64,000 nt of DNA, taken from contig CAWDOD010000007.1 of the NCBI GenBank assembly GCA_963803805.1, forward strand, positions 211,717 through 275,716, given 5' to 3'. The translations under genes were made by a program, and so were the position numbers. Each line of letters starts with the position of its first letter. The stretch's first letter is position 1. Source of the stretch: an uncultured cyanobacterium. GTDB lineage: Bacteria; Cyanobacteriota; Cyanobacteriia; Cyanobacteriales; CAWCAG01. Positions 20,577-31,160 of the stretch are shown here, piece by piece. The notes beneath the pieces are model-generated. The model did not search any database, was not told the origin of the DNA, and saw only the letters and a list, made by a program, of their open reading frames with translations.

Positions 20577-22182
20577 ATGAAGGATTCAACAGTTTTGCCT
20601 GTAACTCTTAAACAATCTCCGCGATGGTCTAGAGCCATTTTATGGACGATGATTAGTTTTACAACTTTTGGCATTACTTGGTCTTATTTCGCTACGATAG
20701 AACAAGCAATTACAGTTACAGGGAAACTCAAACCAGAAGGTAATGTTCAAGAAATTCAAGCTCCTGTAGGAGGAGTAATCAAAGCTATTCATGTTGAGGA
20801 AGGAAGCCAAGTACAACCGGGGGAGGGCCTTAATTAGCTTTGATGTTACTACTAGCCAAGCAGAATTGAATGCTTTACAAAAGGTTCACGACTCTTTAAA
20901 AGCAGAAACTGAATTTTATCGCACTCTTTTAGACAAAGCCAATACTCAACCTTTAACAGAAGCTAGAATTCTGGCTTTAAATCTTCCTAAGAATATAGTA
21001 GATTTAGCTTTGAATCGTACTGCTTTAATAGCGGATAATCAATTTCTTCGTAGTCAAATAAATGGTAATCAACCTGATAATAAATGGGACAGAGATAAAA
21101 CAGGGCGCTGGCACTCTACTAAAAGTTATTTAGATTCTGCTACTGCGGCTCAAGGTTTAGAAATTGAACAGAAACAACAACTATGGCGACAAAACCAAAT
21201 TGAACTAGAAAATGCTCGTAAACAGTTAAATACAGAGCAAAAAATTTTGCAAGAAATTAGCCAAAAAAATCAAATTACTACCGCTACAGCTAAAGATAGT
21301 TTAGTTCTTGAGCAAGAGATTTTTGCTAGCCTTGAACCTCTAGTTAAAGAAGGAGCTGTTTCTCAAGTTTACTACCAACGTCAGGCTCAAGAAGTCAAGC
21401 AAAGCTATCAGCTTTTTGAGCAAGAAAAATATCAAGGGCTTATTCAATATGAACAACAGCTACAACAAATCAAAAACATTCGTGCTGAAATAGCCAAATT
21501 AACAGCAGAAGGTAAACGTTTAAAACTAGACACCTTAAAAAGTAAGGAAGAATTAATTAGTAGTAAAGCAGCTTCAGAAACAGAACTTTGGGAGCAAATT
21601 GCTAACAATAATCAGCAAGTTGCTACCATTAATAGCCAAATTGCTAAAAACATTGTTGAAAATAAAAAACGTTTAGCAGAAGTTGCTGGAAAAATGAGTA
21701 GCTTCCAGCAAGAATTAAAGTATCAACAATTAAAAGCCAGTTCTTCAGGTACTGTATTTGACTTACAAACTAGCTACCAAGAAGTTGTTAAAGCTGGAGA
21801 AACGGTTATGAAAATTGTTCCAGAATCCAAATTGGTTGCAGAGGTATTTATTCCTAATAAAGATATCGGTTTTATCCAACCAGGAATGCCAGTTAGTGTA
21901 CGAGTAGAGACTTTTTCTTTTAGCGAGTTTGGTGATATTAAAGGAGAAGTTATTTCCATAGGTTCTGATGCTCTTCCTCCCAACGAAACTCATCCTTTCT
22001 ACCGTTTTCCAGCTAAAATAAAATTAACAGAACAGGTCATTAATTATAAAGGCAATCAACTATCTTTACGCTCAGGTATGTCTATTAGCGCTAGTATTAT
22101 GATTGATACTGACCGTAAAGTTATTAGTTTGTTCGTAGACCTTTTTGATAAAAAAATAGATGCTCTTAAAAGAGTGCGTTAA
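20577..22182 (+). CDS. HlyD family secretion adaptor, split by a +1 G frameshift near 20825
   Basis: The N-part (TGKLKPEG..EIQAPVGGVIKAIHVEEG..VQPGE) joins ALISFD... if one G of GAGGGCC is removed. The C-part has IPNKDIGFI, FGDIKGEV and LRSGMS. Confidence 0.88.
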
Positions 22183-22518
22183 ACAGCGGGGGGCATTATA
22201 AGTAACACTTTTCTTTTGGAAAGTTGTGATTAAATATTTTGAATTTACATAACTTCAAGTTTAAAAATGTCAAGCCCCAAAAAATTCTACAAATGACGCA
22301 AATTCGTCGTTTAATGGTACAATCAAGAAAATCACAATGCTACTCTTGTGTGCAAAACTCAATTGCAGTCTCTATAAGCTCGATAAAGCGTTAAAAAACT
22401 GGCTTTCTACCTTTAAATATCTAAAAATAAGGAGCTTAAGAAAATCTAATTTTCGAGGTAAGTTGAGAAGTTTTTTTGACAAAGTGTTATTTTCATGGTA
22501 GCGGATTTGGCTTAAGCT

Positions 22519-23533
22519 TCAATTTCTAAGATTAGCGATTCCAGAATCAATTAACTCACAACCTTGGGCAACACTTTCTAAACGCGATAGCTTGTCTCTC
22601 AACTCCGCAGCCCCTAAAAAACCTTTGGCATACCAAGCCATGTGTTTTCTAGATTGAAGGATACCTCGTTCCCCCTTATATTCCCACAACCCCTCTAAGT
22701 GTTCCTTTGCACATTGCAGCCTTTCTATTGGGGTAGGTTGAGGCAACTTTATACCTCTTTTTAGGTAAGTATCTATTTCCCCTACCAAAAAGGGATAACC
22801 TAGAGTTCCTCGCGAACACATCACCCCATCTGCCCCAGTTTGAGTCAAGCATTTCACCGCAGCTTCTACTGAAAAGATATCGCCGTTAGCAATGACAGGA
22901 ATAGTCAAAACTTCCTTCACTTTCTTAATCCATTCCCACCTTGCAGAACCATTGTAACCTTGAGCGCGGGTACGAGCCATGCAACGTTAACATTGCTACC
23001 CCAGCATCTTCAAGGGCTTTAGCAAAGTCGAGGATGTTAATTTGGTCATCATCCCAACCTAAGCGAGTTTTTACCGTTACCGGAGCATCCACAGCTTGCG
23101 CCACTGCTTTAACAATAGCCACTGCTACTTCCGGTTGCCTCAACAAAGAAGAACCACCACCCTTTTTGGTAATCTTATTAACCGGACAACCCATATTAAT
23201 ATCCACAGTATCTGCTCCCTCTGCCACAGCTTTTCGGGCTGCTTCCCCCATAAAATCAGGGCGACAGTCAAAAAGTTGAATACTAATAGGACGCTCCTGT
23301 GGGTCAATTTCCATTAACTTAGGCAATTCCTGGAGATGGTGTATCTCCTTAGCGCTAACCATCTCCGTGTACATCATCGACTCCGGGGAGTAGCGCCTGA
23401 CTAAACGCCTAAACACCAAGTCTGTCACTCCTGATAAGGGAGACTGCAAGACACGGCTATTAACTTTCACCGAACCAATTATCAAAGGGGTAGAAAGCTT
23501 GGTTTGTAAAGACGAAGAAAGACTCTCAGACAT
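22519..23533 (-). CDS. dusB: tRNA-dihydrouridine synthase B, split by a +1 frameshift near 22977
   Basis: QSPLSGVTD, DINMGCPV, VTVKTRLGW, then TLH/[A]RTRAQGY, IPVIANGDI, GADGVMCSRG. Confidence 0.92.
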
Positions 23534-23628
23534 TTTTTAAAGATAAGCTATTTGGGATACAGTTAGCTTCAGTATTGCCAGAAGCTATAGGAGCAAGCTC
23601 CATAACTGTTTTTAATTTTTAATTAAAA

Positions 23629-24231
23629 TCAATACCCCCGCCATACCCCGACTAAAACTCCTTGTATATCTACTCTATCTGCGGCAACTTGGATGGGTGT
23701 ATATTTAGGATTGGAAGGTCTGAGGGTAACTTGATCTGCTTGGCGATAGAAGCGTTTTAAAGTAGTGCCGTGTCCTTCCACCCTGGCAGCCACAATTTCA
23801 CCATTCTTAACTTCATCTTTGGCTGGTACAGAACGCATAATGGCCATATCCCCTTCAGTAATATAGTCTTCAATCATGCTATCTCCTGTCACCCTCAAAG
23901 CAAAACAGTTGGGGCGTTGAATCAAATCTGATAAATCCAACTTCTCCTTTTCATCAGTAAAAGGTTCTACTAATCCCCCTGCGGCGATCGCTCCTAATAC
24001 AGGCAATCCTTTTGCTTCTGCATGAAGAATGCGCAGGGTACGAGCTTTCCCTTCTGTCCAATCAATATAACCTTTAGACCGTAATCTCTCTAAGCGGCTC
24101 TGGATAGGCGCTGGAGATTTGAGGTTCATTGCTCGCATCATCTGTCTAATGGAAGGAGCATATTGGGAGGTGCGAATATATTCTACTAACCAATCAAATA
24201 GTTCCTTTTGAGCTTCGGTGAGAGGTTCCAT
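23629..24231 (-). CDS. lexA: SOS repressor LexA
   Basis: N-terminal wHTH (APSIRQM), IAAG cleavage site, GDSM serine and TTLKR lysine. Confidence 0.97.
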   Translation of the reverse strand: MEPLTEAQKELFDWLVEYIRTSQYAPSIRQMMRAMNLKSPAPIQSRLERLRSKGYIDWTEGKARTLRILHAEAKGLPVLGAIAAGGLVEPFTDEKEKLDLSDLIQRPNCFALRVTGDSMIEDYITEGDMAIMRSVPAKDEVKNGEIVAARVEGHGTTLKRFYRQADQVTLRPSNPKYTPIQVAADRVDIQGVLVGVWRGY

Positions 24232-24314
24232 AATTTTTTGTTCTTGAAAGATAGTTGTTTAATAGTAGTTAGGTTAATAAGAGTTTTATCCCTTTAACTA
24301 ACTCCTATAATTCT

Positions 24315-24328
24315 AGAACACTAGTACT
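24315..24328 (-). promoter_or_regulatory. Cyanobacterial LexA box upstream of lexA
   Basis: Minus strand AGTAC-TAG-TGTTCT fits the RGTAC-N3-DGTWCB consensus, about 84 bp upstream of the lexA start. Confidence 0.85.
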
Positions 24329-24369
24329 AGCAAAGAAAGTAATTGCTAATTGCTAGTTGGTTAACCTCA

Positions 24370-25296
24370 TCAACATAATCCCAATAAAGCAGCCAAAAGA
24401 GCTTGTTGAGCGTGCATTCTATTTTCTGCTTGTTCCCAAACTTTTGATTGTTTTCCTTCAATAACTGCTTCAGTTATTTCTTCGCCTCTATGGGCAGGCA
24501 AACAATGGAGGACAATGGCTTCAGGATGAGCATTGTTGAGAATAGTGCCATTAACTTGATAATTTTGAAATACAGGTAAGCGGCTATCTGCCAAATCTTC
24601 TTGTCCCATACTTGCCCAAACATCAGTATAGATAACATCGGCATTTTTTACTGCTTTCATGGGGTCATCGGTAAGCAAAACTTGGGAGCGATCGCCTGCA
24701 ATATTTCGACCTTGTTCGACAATTTTTCTTTCGGGTTGATGATTAATCGGGGTAGCAAGGCTAATATTAATACCCATCAGGGCGCAACCTAAAAGTAGGG
24801 AATGGGCAACATTATTGCCATCTCCTAAATAAGCTAAATTGACCCCACGGAGATCCTCAAAAGATTCTTGTATCGTTAATAAATCAGCCAAAATTTGACA
24901 GGGATGCTCCAAATCGCTTAAAGCATTGATAATGGGTATTTTGGTATATTTGGCAAAAATTTCTAAATCTTCTTGCTTAAAAGTACGAATTGCTAAAATA
25001 TTCAGGTAACGGTCGAGAACTCTAGCTGTATCTGAGATTGGTTCTCCTCTGCCTACTTGAGTAACATTAGGATTAAGATCAATTACTTGCCCTCCCAGAC
25101 GGTGCATCGCCACAGTAAAACTAACACGGGTGCGAGTGGAAGCTTTATAAAATAGAAGTCCTAGTTCTTTATGGGTACGAAAAGAACGTTCTCCACTTTT
25201 AAGTTCTTTAGCTAGATGCAACAGTTCCTTAATTTCGGAAGAATTGAGGTCTGTTATTCTGAGAAAATCTCGTCCCTTTAAATCCTGTATGCCCAT
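24370..25296 (-). CDS. argF: Ornithine carbamoyltransferase
   Basis: STRTRVSF, HPCQILAD, DVWASMG, HCLP. Confidence 0.97.
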   Translation of the reverse strand: MGIQDLKGRDFLRITDLNSSEIKELLHLAKELKSGERSFRTHKELGLLFYKASTRTRVSFTVAMHRLGGQVIDLNPNVTQVGRGEPISDTARVLDRYLNILAIRTFKQEDLEIFAKYTKIPIINALSDLEHPCQILADLLTIQESFEDLRGVNLAYLGDGNNVAHSLLLGCALMGINISLATPINHQPERKIVEQGRNIAGDRSQVLLTDDPMKAVKNADVIYTDVWASMGQEDLADSRLPVFQNYQVNGTILNNAHPEAIVLHCLPAHRGEEITEAVIEGKQSKVWEQAENRMHAQQALLAALLGLC

Positions 25297-25442
25297 TGTT
25301 CAGTTGCTTAATTTACCCAGATTAATAGCAAAGAGTATATTATATGCTGGAATTGAACTTTTGAATCGTATTTAAGTTGAACTTTTGGCTAGAAACTGGC
25401 AGATTTATAGATGGAGGTTTAGTTAAAGATCAACATACATGA

Positions 25443-26039
25443 ATGGCTAGACATAAGGAATTTGATCGGGATGAGGTACTAAAAAAAGCAATGGAGTTGT
25501 TTTGGTATAAAGGTTATGAAGCAACTTCGGTTAGGGATTTAGTTAAGCATATGGGCATCAATCGAGGTAGTCTCTACGATACCTTTGGTGACAAACATAG
25601 CCTTTTTATGGCTGCTTTAGATTGCTATGGTGAAGGTTCTGCTTTAAAAGAGTTAGCCGAGTCTCCTCAAGGGGTTGCGGCTATCGGTCAGTTCTTTACT
25701 AATCTCCTGGGCTATTACACTACTAAAAAAGAGTGCGAAGGTTGCTTAATGACCAACACCTTAGTAGAATTAGCACTCCATGATTCAGATGCAGCTAACA
25801 AAATCACTGCTTATCTCCAACAAATGGAAGATGCTTTTTATCAAGCTTTGCTTTGGGGAAAAGAACAAGGAGAAATTAACCCAAGTCTAAATTTAAGAGC
25901 GATCGCTCGTTATCTAACCAGTAGTGCCAATGGTTTAAGCGTTATGGCAAAAGCCAAACCAGATACTCAAGTTTTAAAAGATATTGTGGAGATGACTTTA
26001 GCTACCTTATCCAACCATTCGTTCCAGAATGGATTATAA
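25443..26039 (+). CDS. TetR/AcrR family regulator (NemR/ComR-like)
   Basis: FWYKGYEATSVRDL...GINRGSLYDTFGDK and GCLMTNT. Confidence 0.92.
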   Translation: MARHKEFDRDEVLKKAMELFWYKGYEATSVRDLVKHMGINRGSLYDTFGDKHSLFMAALDCYGEGSALKELAESPQGVAAIGQFFTNLLGYYTTKKECEGCLMTNTLVELALHDSDAANKITAYLQQMEDAFYQALLWGKEQGEINPSLNLRAIARYLTSSANGLSVMAKAKPDTQVLKDIVEMTLATLSNHSFQNGL

Positions 26040-26375
26040 TTTTAGAAAAGGAAAATAATCCTACTTGCTCCCTACTCCCTTCACGAATGAAATATATCTT
26101 CAAATTCCAGAATCTATGTAATATCTTCTTTACAAGAACTCTGTCTTAAATTACTCTGTTGGGAACTTACTAACTGATAAAGTATTCTTTGGTGAGTCTG
26201 GAATCGCCATTATATGTTGAATTAATGACAATTAGCTAAGTTGCTCTATTTATTAGGAATTAAACTAACAAAAGTAAGGTGTACCCACACCAGATCTATT
26301 GATATAAAACTTCTTCGGAATATAGATTAACCAGGCTCTCGCAAATTTCTTTGCAACTGAACTAGAAGAAAAACT

Positions 26376-27197
26376 ATGCCACAACTAAATCTAAGCATTT
26401 CTAACCCCAGCCAAAGGCGATCAGGCCAACTAGAATCAACAACCACTGGGGGACAAAAATCAACAGAAATAGACATAGATTTTATCAACAAACAGTTTGT
26501 CAGGGCTGATGCTAACCAAATAGTTCAGTGGGGGGCAGATACTTTTGGTGATGAGTTAGTAATGACCACAAGCTTCGGCATCCAAGGGGCAGTTATGCTG
26601 CATCTAGTCACGAGGATAGTACCAAACATTCCCGTTATTTGGGTTGATACAGGCTATCTTCCTCCAGAAACCTACAAATTTGCTGAAGAGTTAACAGAAC
26701 GTCTCAACTTAAACTTAAAAGTTTATCAATCCCCCATGAGTCCAGCCCGTATGGAAGCTATATATGGTCGTCTCTGGGAAAAAGGAACTGTCGAAGCCTT
26801 TAATTTATATGATCAAATCCGCAAAGTAGAACCAATGCAAAGGGCTTTAAAAGAACTAAGTGCCAAAGCTTGGTTAGCCGGATTAAGAAGTCATCAAACC
26901 GATCACCGCAAAAACCTACCCTTCGTGGGCATCCAGTTGGATATCTACAAAATTTTACCTATACTTGACTGGAACGCCAAGGATGTCTATCAATACCTCA
27001 CCACCAATGATATGCCTTATCATCCCTTCTTTGATCAAGGCTATACTACCGTCGGTGATTGGCACTCTAGCCGTCCTCTCATGTCTGAAGACGAACATGA
27101 ACGGGATACCCGCTTTCGAGGGCTTAAACAAGAATGCGGCATTCATCTACCCCAAAATTTTGACCAAGCAAGCAGTCTTGATTCTAGTTTTTTATAA
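26376..27197 (+). CDS. cysH: Phosphoadenosine phosphosulfate reductase
   Basis: TTSFG, DTGYL, RKVEP, GYTTVGD, ECGIH. Confidence 0.95.
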   Translation: MPQLNLSISNPSQRRSGQLESTTTGGQKSTEIDIDFINKQFVRADANQIVQWGADTFGDELVMTTSFGIQGAVMLHLVTRIVPNIPVIWVDTGYLPPETYKFAEELTERLNLNLKVYQSPMSPARMEAIYGRLWEKGTVEAFNLYDQIRKVEPMQRALKELSAKAWLAGLRSHQTDHRKNLPFVGIQLDIYKILPILDWNAKDVYQYLTTNDMPYHPFFDQGYTTVGDWHSSRPLMSEDEHERDTRFRGLKQECGIHLPQNFDQASSLDSSFL

Positions 27198-27310
27198 TTG
27201 CTAGTGGCTAGTTGCTAATGGCTAATTGTTAAGGAATGAGAATAGATATAGATAACTATATACCTTAGCACTGTTCCCCGTAGTCTGTTCCCCATTCCCT
27301 AAGACTTTAA

Positions 27311-28732
27311 ATGTTCAAACTTTTAGATGTACTCTTTGCCTTCGTAATAGTTGCATTGCTAATACTAGTTGGTAGGTGGATTAAGCAACACATCGGCTTA
27401 TTACAAAGGCTTTATTTACCTGAATCGATTATTGCTGGAGTTTTGGCTCTATTATTGGGGCCAGAGGTTTTAGGGGCAATTGCCACACTATTAGGTGGGA
27501 AAGGTTCTTTTTTTGCTGAAAACGGCATTTTTCCTGAACCAATGCGGGTAATTTGGTCAGAATCTCCTGGAGTCTTCATTAACATTGTTTTTGCGGCACT
27601 ATTCTTAGGAGAAATCATTCCTCAACCGCGAGAAATTTGGCGAAAAGCTGCCCCTCAAGTCGCTTTTGGTCAAACCCTGGCTTGGGGACAATATGTAGTC
27701 GGACTTCTGACTACCATTTTAGTACTGGTTCCTATCTTCAAAGTTAGTCCTATGGCTGGGGCTTTGATTGAAATTGGTTTTGAAGGGGGTCATGGTACAG
27801 CAGGAGGTATGCAAGAAACCTTTCAGGAATTAGGCTTTCCTGATGGCGGGGAATTAGCTGTAGGTTTAGCAACAGTAGGGATTGTTTCAGGAGTTGTAGT
27901 TGGAACTCTTTTAGCTAACTGGGGCCGCCGGAAAGGATATGTAGCGGCAGATCTAGAAACGGAAACTCCCCAGGATTTGGAGCATATGGTGCAAAGCGAA
28001 TCCCGCCAAGTTCGCGAAGCAAGACAAAGATTAACCCAGGGACTGCTTATTGATCCCCTCTCCCTTAACTTCGGTTTTGTGGGGATTGCGATCGCTATTG
28101 GTTGGTTAATCTTAGAAGGGTTGAGATGGATTGAAAGTAATACTTGGGGACAAACAGGTTTTCAGGTTTTAGAATTTGTACCCCTATTTCCTATTGCTTT
28201 AGTGGGGGGAGTTATTGTCCAATTAGTCATGGAACGTCTAGAGTTAGCCCCTTTAATTATCCGCCCCTTACAAGAACGTATTTCTGGGGTAGCCCTGGAT
28301 ATAGTTGTTGTTACTGCGATCGCCAATATTTCTCTACAAGTACTAGGGGCAAATTTAGGGGTATTTTTGATCCTCTCTGTTGTCGGTATCGCTTGGAACC
28401 TCTTCGCCTTTCTCTACCTTGCCCCTCGTATCCTCACAGATTATTGGTTTGAAAGAGGTATTGGGGATTTAGGTCAATCCATGGGGGTAACAGCCACAGG
28501 AATTTTATTACTACGTATGGTAGATCCTGATAACCGTACCGGAGCTTTTGAAAGTTTTGCCTACAAACAACTCTTCTTTGAACCCATTGTCGGTGGGGGA
28601 TTATTTACCGCCGCCGCCCCGGCTTTAATTGTTCAATTAGGTGCGGTAAGTGTTTTAGGCATAACTACAGCTTTATTAATTTTCTTTATAGGATTTGGGT
28701 TTTACAACTACAAGAAGTTCAAAGCAAAGTAG
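27311..28732 (+). CDS. gltS: Sodium:glutamate symporter family transporter
   Basis: LPESIIAG, GFEGGHGTA, GQSMGVTATG and multiple TM helices. Confidence 0.88.
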   Translation: MFKLLDVLFAFVIVALLILVGRWIKQHIGLLQRLYLPESIIAGVLALLLGPEVLGAIATLLGGKGSFFAENGIFPEPMRVIWSESPGVFINIVFAALFLGEIIPQPREIWRKAAPQVAFGQTLAWGQYVVGLLTTILVLVPIFKVSPMAGALIEIGFEGGHGTAGGMQETFQELGFPDGGELAVGLATVGIVSGVVVGTLLANWGRRKGYVAADLETETPQDLEHMVQSESRQVREARQRLTQGLLIDPLSLNFGFVGIAIAIGWLILEGLRWIESNTWGQTGFQVLEFVPLFPIALVGGVIVQLVMERLELAPLIIRPLQERISGVALDIVVVTAIANISLQVLGANLGVFLILSVVGIAWNLFAFLYLAPRILTDYWFERGIGDLGQSMGVTATGILLLRMVDPDNRTGAFESFAYKQLFFEPIVGGGLFTAAAPALIVQLGAVSVLGITTALLIFFIGFGFYNYKKFKAK

Positions 28733-28775
28733 AGGCAATGATGTCTACGACAAGGGCAAGCCTTACAATTAGCCA

Positions 28776-30528
28776 TTAGCGATTATCAATTTTATCAATT
28801 GCAGACAGACATTCTGCTTGCAAAACTATGCTTTCTTCGGTTTCAAACACAGAACAACTTTCGATAAACTCTGAAATAGCGGGCATTACTCCTTGCTTCA
28901 AACTAGCTACAGCTTGTTCTGCTTCTGGTTCAATGCCCCTAAGCCAACGCTCTTCAGAGATATATTCTGGTGTGAAAGCCTCTCTGTCTATCAGCAAGAA
29001 ATCTACCTTGTATTTATTAATTAGGTATTTCAAGTCTGTTAAATCTTGACCATATTGAGCTTTCATTAGATTCAACCATCCTCTGCTTGATGCGACGATA
29101 GTAACCTAGATGGTAAGGAGCAGCAGTTTCAGGACTGATTAAAACAGGGCGTTGAGAAAATGTTGGTATGTTGTTTGTTTCTTGAGAAAGGGAGGCAATG
29201 AGGCTATTTTTAGGTTGTTCAGCGAAAAACTTATATAAAGCAGGTTCGTTAGCAGTTCTGTAGTCTACCCTAGGAAACTTCTTTAAAGAATTAGGGTATA
29301 AGAAAATTAAGCCAGCTACTAGGGTGAAAAGTCCTAATGTTAAAAACTGTTTTACTCTGCTAGAGCGTCTTGGTTGTTGATAAATTCGCAAAACAGCATC
29401 TAGGAATAAAATTGTTGCAATTCCTCCGGCTATGGCAATGAGAATAGGAACACTATGCTTGGTATAGCGGCTAGGGAGATGCAACTTGAATAGCAAAGCA
29501 TGGGCGAGGAAGAACATCCCTAAAGAAGCTACTAAAATCTGTGACAAAATGATAACTTCAGAAGAAACTTTCTTGCTTAAAGGAAAGTGGCGCGGGTAAC
29601 GCAACAGAAAGGGGAGCAATACAGCAGCCCAAACTTGAGGCGGTGGGAACATACATTTGGGTAGTACCCCTGAACGTAAAGCGCAAAACCAGAACTTGAC
29701 TGGATCATCATAAAAATAGGCTTTGCGTCCTGTCGATTGAAAAATAGGCATACTTCTGGCTTCTGTAGCTGTAACTACAGGGTCATATTCAGAAGTTGTT
29801 AAAGCATAGGGTAAGAGCATGAGTACAGTAACCCCTAACCCCGCAACACAGAAAATATAATCACTTTTTTCTGGGGAGAAGCGCAGTCGCCAATTTTCGA
29901 GGCGAAATAGCCGCAACAGCAAAACCCCGGCTGAAATAAACAGGCACTGAGGATAGAATAATCCCTGTAGGGCGATCGCTACTAAGCAAGGGAAGAGGGA
30001 ACGCCGTAACAGATAGTAAACAAAAGCGAGAAAGAAGGGATAAAAAAAAGCTCTAGGTGTACCGGAGGGAAGTTCAGGCATCATCCAGAAAGTTTGATTT
30101 AAAAACAGCGTTGCTACAAACCCTGCTGAGGGGACAGGAAATATAGCCATGACAACCCCAAAACAATAAGCGGTTGAGATTAAGGACAGGAAGAGGGGTA
30201 ATATTTTATTGAAGAAGAGGGGATCAAGTCCCAGTGAGGCCACGAGGTGGTAAAGAGTACGGTAACCTCTGGGGGCTACAGATTGAAAGTAATTAGAAAT
30301 TAAGTCTTGAGGAAATAAATCAGGGTCTAAAAACCGTCGCATCCAAAATACGTGCGATCGCACATCATCATGAATGATATATTCACTACTAAAGACTTCC
30401 CTAAGTCCTAGATAGCTATAAATTGCAGCGAAAGCTAAACTCAAACTGAACCAGAATATTACCCGTGAACTATGGGTTTTTGTAGTTGCAGCCCTTAAAA
30501 ACCAGTGTAGATGGCTAACTAATACCAT
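28776..30528 (-). CDS. Polytopic membrane protein (glycosyltransferase-like), +1 G frameshift near 29076
   Basis: HDDVRSHVFWM, LPSRY and many TM segments. Removing one G joins ...IKQRM to LNLMKAQYG...YKVDFLLID. Confidence 0.7.
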
Positions 30529-30685
30529 TTTTGAAAAATAATGTTTGAGTTAATCAATCAAGTTAAAAATCAAGGGTAACAACTACCACTATTGTTAAGT
30601 CGTTAGCTTGATTATTGTTAACTTCTAACTTGTAACTTTTGATAAATATAAAGAAAATATAAAGATATTAATAGTTACCCTATTT

Positions 30686-30718
30686 TGTAGCCAATGCTAC
30701 AGAAATATCAACTACAAT
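30686..30718 (+). promoter_or_regulatory. NtcA site and -10 box of gifA (repressive geometry)
   Basis: TGTA-GCCAATGC-TACA (GTA-N8-TAC, 30687-30700) lies only 12 nt upstream of TACAAT (30713-30718). Confidence 0.85.
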
Positions 30719-30791
30719 ATAAAAGGTGGGAGCGAAACAGCTCTTTAATCACCAAGCAAAATTAAGTCAAGCAATCACAAGGAGTTGTTCT

Positions 30792-30992
30792 ATGTCTACT
30801 CAAAAACAGGCTCGCGCTATAATGATTCGTCACAACCAACTGATTAGAAATCGCCAGCAATCTCTTTTAGGGCGTGCGGCTGCCGACATCGGCATGGATA
30901 TTGATAGCGCTCAATACAATGATCATATCCAAGGAAAAATTCGTCCTAGCTCCAGAGATAGTTATGCTCGCAGTAATGTATCTTTAAGTTAA
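30792..30992 (+). CDS. gifA: Glutamine synthetase inactivating factor IF7
   Basis: MSTQKQARAIMIRHNQLIRNRQQSLLGRAAADIG...IQGK...SY.RSNVSLS. AAGGAG RBS before ATG 30792 and an NtcA site upstream. Confidence 0.92.
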   Translation: MSTQKQARAIMIRHNQLIRNRQQSLLGRAAADIGMDIDSAQYNDHIQGKIRPSSRDSYARSNVSLS

Positions 30993-31046
30993 AAGTAAAA
31001 GTTAGTAGCAGATTATAAAGTTGTTGAATAGTTAGTCAAATCCTTG

Positions 31047-31079
31047 TAGGGTGCTTTTCGAGATGAAAAAAGCACCCTA
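31047..31079 (+). terminator. Hairpin after gifA (terminator or REP-like)
   Basis: TAGGGTGCTTTT...AAAAGCACCCTA. Confidence 0.6.
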
Positions 31080-31160
31080 ATTTTATAGAATAATTTGAGC
31101 CTCTAGCAACGGTAAACCATATAGTTGTCAATGACTAATACTGATTTCTAAACTTAATTA

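Noticed and set aside
22183-22518. Intergenic region as an ncRNA or MITE
   Set aside because: Only weak short inverted matches and no convincing structure or termini.
22925-22990. Programmed frameshift in dusB
   Set aside because: No slippery sequence; it matches the pattern of sporadic single-base indels elsewhere in the window.
26013-26029. Possible TetR operator remnant (AACCATTCGTTCCAGAA) at the end of the tetR gene
   Set aside because: Only a half palindrome and no second copy was found upstream of the gene.
30720-30791. Glutamine riboswitch in the gif leader
   Set aside because: No recognisable glnA-motif sequence; that riboswitch is associated with gifB, and this gene is the short IF7 type.
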